DNA of 5,710 nucleotides from a virus: IMG/VR virus record IMGVR_UViG_3300045988_000095, positions 1 to 5,710 of that record; one strand, 5' to 3'. Shown piece by piece: positions 4,757 to 5,710 of this stretch (position 1 is its first letter; each line of letters starts with the position of its first letter). The notes under the pieces were generated by a model. It saw only the letters and a program-made list of their open reading frames with translations, ran no database searches and was not told where the DNA came from. The position numbers and the translations under genes were made by a program.

Positions 4757-5644
4757 ATGTCACTATTAGGAATATTGGGAACAATTGGAAACGTAGCCGG
4801 AACAGTTGGCACAGTAGCAAACGCAGTTGGACAAATCGGAAATGCGTTTGGAGCATGGGGACAAGTAGGACAAAGCCAAAGTCAAGGCGGAAGTACACAG
4901 CAAGGCGGTGGAAATAGCCAAAGCATGAGCAAATCCGGAACAAACGTAGACCAAGTAGAAAAGTGGTTGCAAGGAGCATACGGATACCAGAACAACGAAG
5001 GAGTGAAGCAAAGCCAATTCAACCAGAGATCAATGCTGCAGCAGATGGGCTATAACACTCTAGGTGCAATAATGCAAGGTGTATATAACCACATTGAAAA
5101 CAGCGTAGCAATGAATTTCAACAGCACAGAAGCCATGAAAAATCGAGAATGGCAAGAACAAATGTCAAACACAGCCTATCAGAGAGCCGTTAAGGACATG
5201 AAAAAAGCTGGACTTAATCCAATCTTGGCATTCCAGAACGGTGGCGCAAGCACGCCGGGAGGCAGTGCAGGAACGATTTCAGGAGCAAGCATGGGAGCGC
5301 CATCGTCAAGTGCGCTAGGAGTAAGCAGAGCATCTGGATTTGTACCCAACGCATACGAAAGTGAAAGCTGGTCACAAAGCGATTGGTACAACGCCGCGCA
5401 AAGCTGGAATCAGATGCTTAGCAGTACAGGCATGACACCGTTAGGACTGCAAGAAACACTATCCAACATCGGCAAAGACGCAGGCAACGCAATTAACAAC
5501 GCAATAGGAGAAGGAAGAAAAGCAGGCGAAAAATTAAGAGGAAACATGAATAAGGCCATGGACAACGTAAGAAATGGCCATGGAATCGACAACATCACAG
5601 GCAATAGAAATAGAGCCGGTGGTGGAGCAGGAAGGAGCAAATAA
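4757..5644 (+). CDS. VP2: Minor capsid / DNA-pilot protein VP2 (phiX174 H analogue).
   Basis: 295 aa. It contains the conserved gokushovirus VP2 core NREWQEQMSNTAYQRAVKDMKKAGLNPILAF. The N-terminus is Gly-rich and hydrophobic, and the C-terminus is Gly/Asn-rich. No alternative in-frame start exists between the upstream stop (4709..4711) and 4757. Confidence 0.9.
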   Translation: MSLLGILGTIGNVAGTVGTVANAVGQIGNAFGAWGQVGQSQSQGGSTQQGGGNSQSMSKSGTNVDQVEKWLQGAYGYQNNEGVKQSQFNQRSMLQQMGYNTLGAIMQGVYNHIENSVAMNFNSTEAMKNREWQEQMSNTAYQRAVKDMKKAGLNPILAFQNGGASTPGGSAGTISGASMGAPSSSALGVSRASGFVPNAYESESWSQSDWYNAAQSWNQMLSSTGMTPLGLQETLSNIGKDAGNAINNAIGEGRKAGEKLRGNMNKAMDNVRNGHGIDNITGNRNRAGGGAGRSK

Positions 5645-5648
5645 AAAA

Positions 5649-5710
5649 ATGAGCTGCTATAAACCGTTGATACGGATATACAGCCCAGAAAACAGAGAAA
5701 TCAGCGGGCA
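5649..5710 (+). CDS. VP4: 5' end of the VP4 Rep gene (MSCYKPLIRIYSPENREISG...), continuing into position 1 by circular wrap. The full protein is 339 aa.
   Basis: ATG at 5649..5651 is in frame with the TTG at 5667 (equivalent to position 12). An SD-like GGAAGGAG lies at 5630..5637, 11 nt upstream. The ATG sits 4 nt after the VP2 stop (5642..5644). Confidence 0.85.
   Translation, partial: MSCYKPLIRIYSPENREISG
5656..5710. repeat. Terminal direct repeat, copy 2 (same sequence as 1..55).
   Basis: Exact 55/55 identity with 1..55. The reading frame of the Rep gene runs continuously across the junction. Confidence 0.95.

Noticed and set aside
403-5640. Twelve minus-strand ORFs in the track: 403..729, 1575..1868, 2267..2515, 2386..2790, 2916..3380, 3788..3973, 4077..4289, 4408..4671, 4752..4979, 4766..5017, 5179..5391 and 5410..5640.
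   Set aside because: Each lies antisense to a well-supported + strand gene. Their Leu/Phe/Cys/Ser-rich, low-complexity translations are what the complement of an A-rich coding strand yields. None has a convincing SD or a recognisable motif. Microviridae encode all known genes on one strand.

Overview
This window is a complete, circularly permuted genome of a Gokushovirinae-like Microviridae phage (small ssDNA phage). Positions 1..55 repeat exactly at 5656..5710, so the unit circle is 5,655 nt and the window is a linearised circle with a 55-nt overlap. All supportable genes lie on the + strand. In circular order they are VP4 replication initiator (true ATG at 5649, wraps to 1013), a 550-nt non-coding region (1014..1563), an M15-family zinc peptidase (1564..1950), and two small hypothetical ORFs (1955..2071, 2078..2305). 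These are followed by a 40-aa arginine/lysine-rich VP8/J-like protein missing from the ORF track (2289..2411), a VP5-like protein (2428..2667), VP3 scaffold (2660..3058), VP1 major capsid (3045..4718) and VP2 minor capsid/DNA-pilot protein (4757..5644). Genes are tightly packed or overlapping, and eight of nine have a Shine-Dalgarno motif 7-11 nt upstream. The only near-consensus promoter (1515..1543) and the best terminator-like hairpin (1025..1058) both lie in the single large intergenic region, which suggests one near-genome-length operon. The parts most worth follow-up are the peptidase module and the intergenic region. The peptidase, a likely endolysin, has no visible holin or signal peptide and is followed by two unknown small proteins. 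The intergenic region contains a GC-rich island with two adjacent hairpins, a duplicated 21-nt perfectly alternating pyrimidine-purine element, and an AT-rich array of about ten TGTT(G/A)AAA-like iteron-type words. Minus-strand ORFs and nested alternative-frame ORFs look like compositional artefacts of the A-rich coding strand. All family assignments rest on motif recognition by eye, not on database searches.
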